Positions 41,806 through 42,327 of a stretch of 42,327 nt of DNA are shown one piece after another (the stretch's first letter is position 1; each line of letters opens with the position of its first letter). The translations under genes and the position numbers were made by a program. Source of the stretch: an uncultured Candidatus Bathyarchaeia archaeon (GTDB lineage Archaea; Thermoproteota; Bathyarchaeia; TCS64); contig CAZVMT010000002.1 of the NCBI GenBank assembly GCA_964628765.1, forward strand, positions 1 through 42,327, written 5' to 3'. The notes beneath the pieces are model-generated. The model was not told where the DNA came from. It made no database searches and was given only the letters and a program-made list of their open reading frames with translations.

Positions 41806-41958
41806 TTATATCTCCTTAAAACGATTAATTATTGATAAAAAAGCAAACATAATTAGAAAAGCTAAACTCCTATGGTCAATAGGATTATCACCAAACATTA
41901 AGCATAAAAAATATATACAGAAACAAAACTCACAGATTAAGCTAAATATTTTACTCAC
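41806..41958 (-). CDS. 50-aa two-TM membrane protein, not in the ORF track
   Basis: GTG start with a GTGA overlap with the upstream stop. MSKIFSLICEFCFCIYFLCLMFGDNPIDHRSLAFLIMFAFLSIINRFKEI. Confidence 0.4.
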   Translation of the reverse strand: MSKIFSLICEFCFCIYFLCLMFGDNPIDHRSLAFLIMFAFLSIINRFKEI

Positions 41959-42179
41959 AATATCTCCCTCCCCTCTACCATAATTCTATGACACTCGTCA
42001 CACCCTGCATTCTCTCGCTTCTCATCTTCGGTCTGCTCTACCTCTTCTTCATAATCACCACAAGTAGCTTGGTCTATATCCTCTAAATCTTGTTGATCGA
42101 AACTCCATGCTTGTGGACAACTCTTTTTATGCTTACAAGTATCACATGTGTAATCATTCTCATTTACTTTAACTGCCAT
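41955..42179 (-). CDS. acidic Cys-rich protein
   Basis: 74-aa ORF with CDTCKHKKSC...CGD...CDECH. AAGGGAGG lies upstream. Confidence 0.5.
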   Translation of the reverse strand: MAVKVNENDYTCDTCKHKKSCPQAWSFDQQDLEDIDQATCGDYEEEVEQTEDEKRENAGCDECHRIMVEGREIL

Positions 42180-42201
42180 TCCCTTTACCTCCCTTATTTT
42201 T

Positions 42202-42327
42202 TTATAACTCTAACTGGTAATAATTCTCTTCTCTTCTAAATCTTTCATCTAACTGTTCTAATGTATAATCCATTCTAAACTGCCATTTACATTGCTTTTG
42301 CATTTCAAGTAATCTTTTCCAATAGTC
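42202..42327 (-). CDS. hypothetical protein; 5' end beyond the right edge
   Basis: Open frame from the window edge: ..DYWKRLLEMQKQCKWQFRMDYTLEQLDERFRREENYYQLEL, with stop at 42202. Confidence 0.4.
   Translation of the reverse strand, partial: DYWKRLLEMQKQCKWQFRMDYTLEQLDERFRREENYYQLEL

Noticed and set aside
1-42327. The window as a closed circular genome, with the two edge-truncated minus-strand ORFs joining across the ends.
   Set aside because: Joining the ends puts the left-edge ORF into a frame that stops after 8 codons, and it does not continue the right-edge ORF. There is no terminal direct repeat. Completeness cannot be judged from this window.

Overview
AT-rich 42.3 kb window that reads as a near-complete genome of a tailed dsDNA phage. 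About 95 genes are tightly packed, often with ATGA/TAATG start-stop overlaps and strong AGGAGG or G-run Shine-Dalgarno sites. All are on the minus strand except one small plus-strand cassette. Gene order on the minus strand, from 42327 down to 1, is as follows. (1) Early/replication module: small membrane and Cys-rich proteins, a winged-helix protein, a beta-class DPPY DNA methyltransferase, a DnaD-like replisome organiser with an iteron array inside its own gene, an HNH-like protein, an HTH protein and RusA. (2) A near-consensus sigma70-type promoter followed by a sigma-region-4/LuxR-type regulator. (3) Packaging, head and tail: TerS, TerL, portal, scaffold, HK97-type major capsid, adaptor/tail proteins, a beta-propeller repeat protein, large presumed internal virion proteins separated by a NUMOD3-HNH homing endonuclease, tail fibre, a holin-like protein and a GH73 endolysin. 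No tape measure, sheath or tube is recognisable, so the layout is podovirus-like. (4) A metallophosphatase and a tRNA-Thr(UGU) embedded in a 418-nt structured noncoding locus. (5) An accessory region (about 5000-9500) of small genes with unusually large noncoding stretches carrying iterons and dyad symmetries. (6) A Cro-like HTH gene with a consensus promoter, an HNH endonuclease and an ornate structured-RNA candidate. (7) A recombination module with a Cas4/RecB-like nuclease and an SSAP-like protein. I saw no integrase, DNA polymerase, reverse transcriptase or CRISPR array. The observations I rate highest are two structured-RNA loci that share a hairpin-loop motif (one with a tRNA-like ACCA-ended element abutting the tRNA), a lambda-O-style origin inside the initiator gene, a second iteron array, and a plus-strand promoter/small-membrane-protein moron in the tail module. 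All calls come from reading the sequence and ORF translations by eye. No searches were run, so family names are motif-based inferences.
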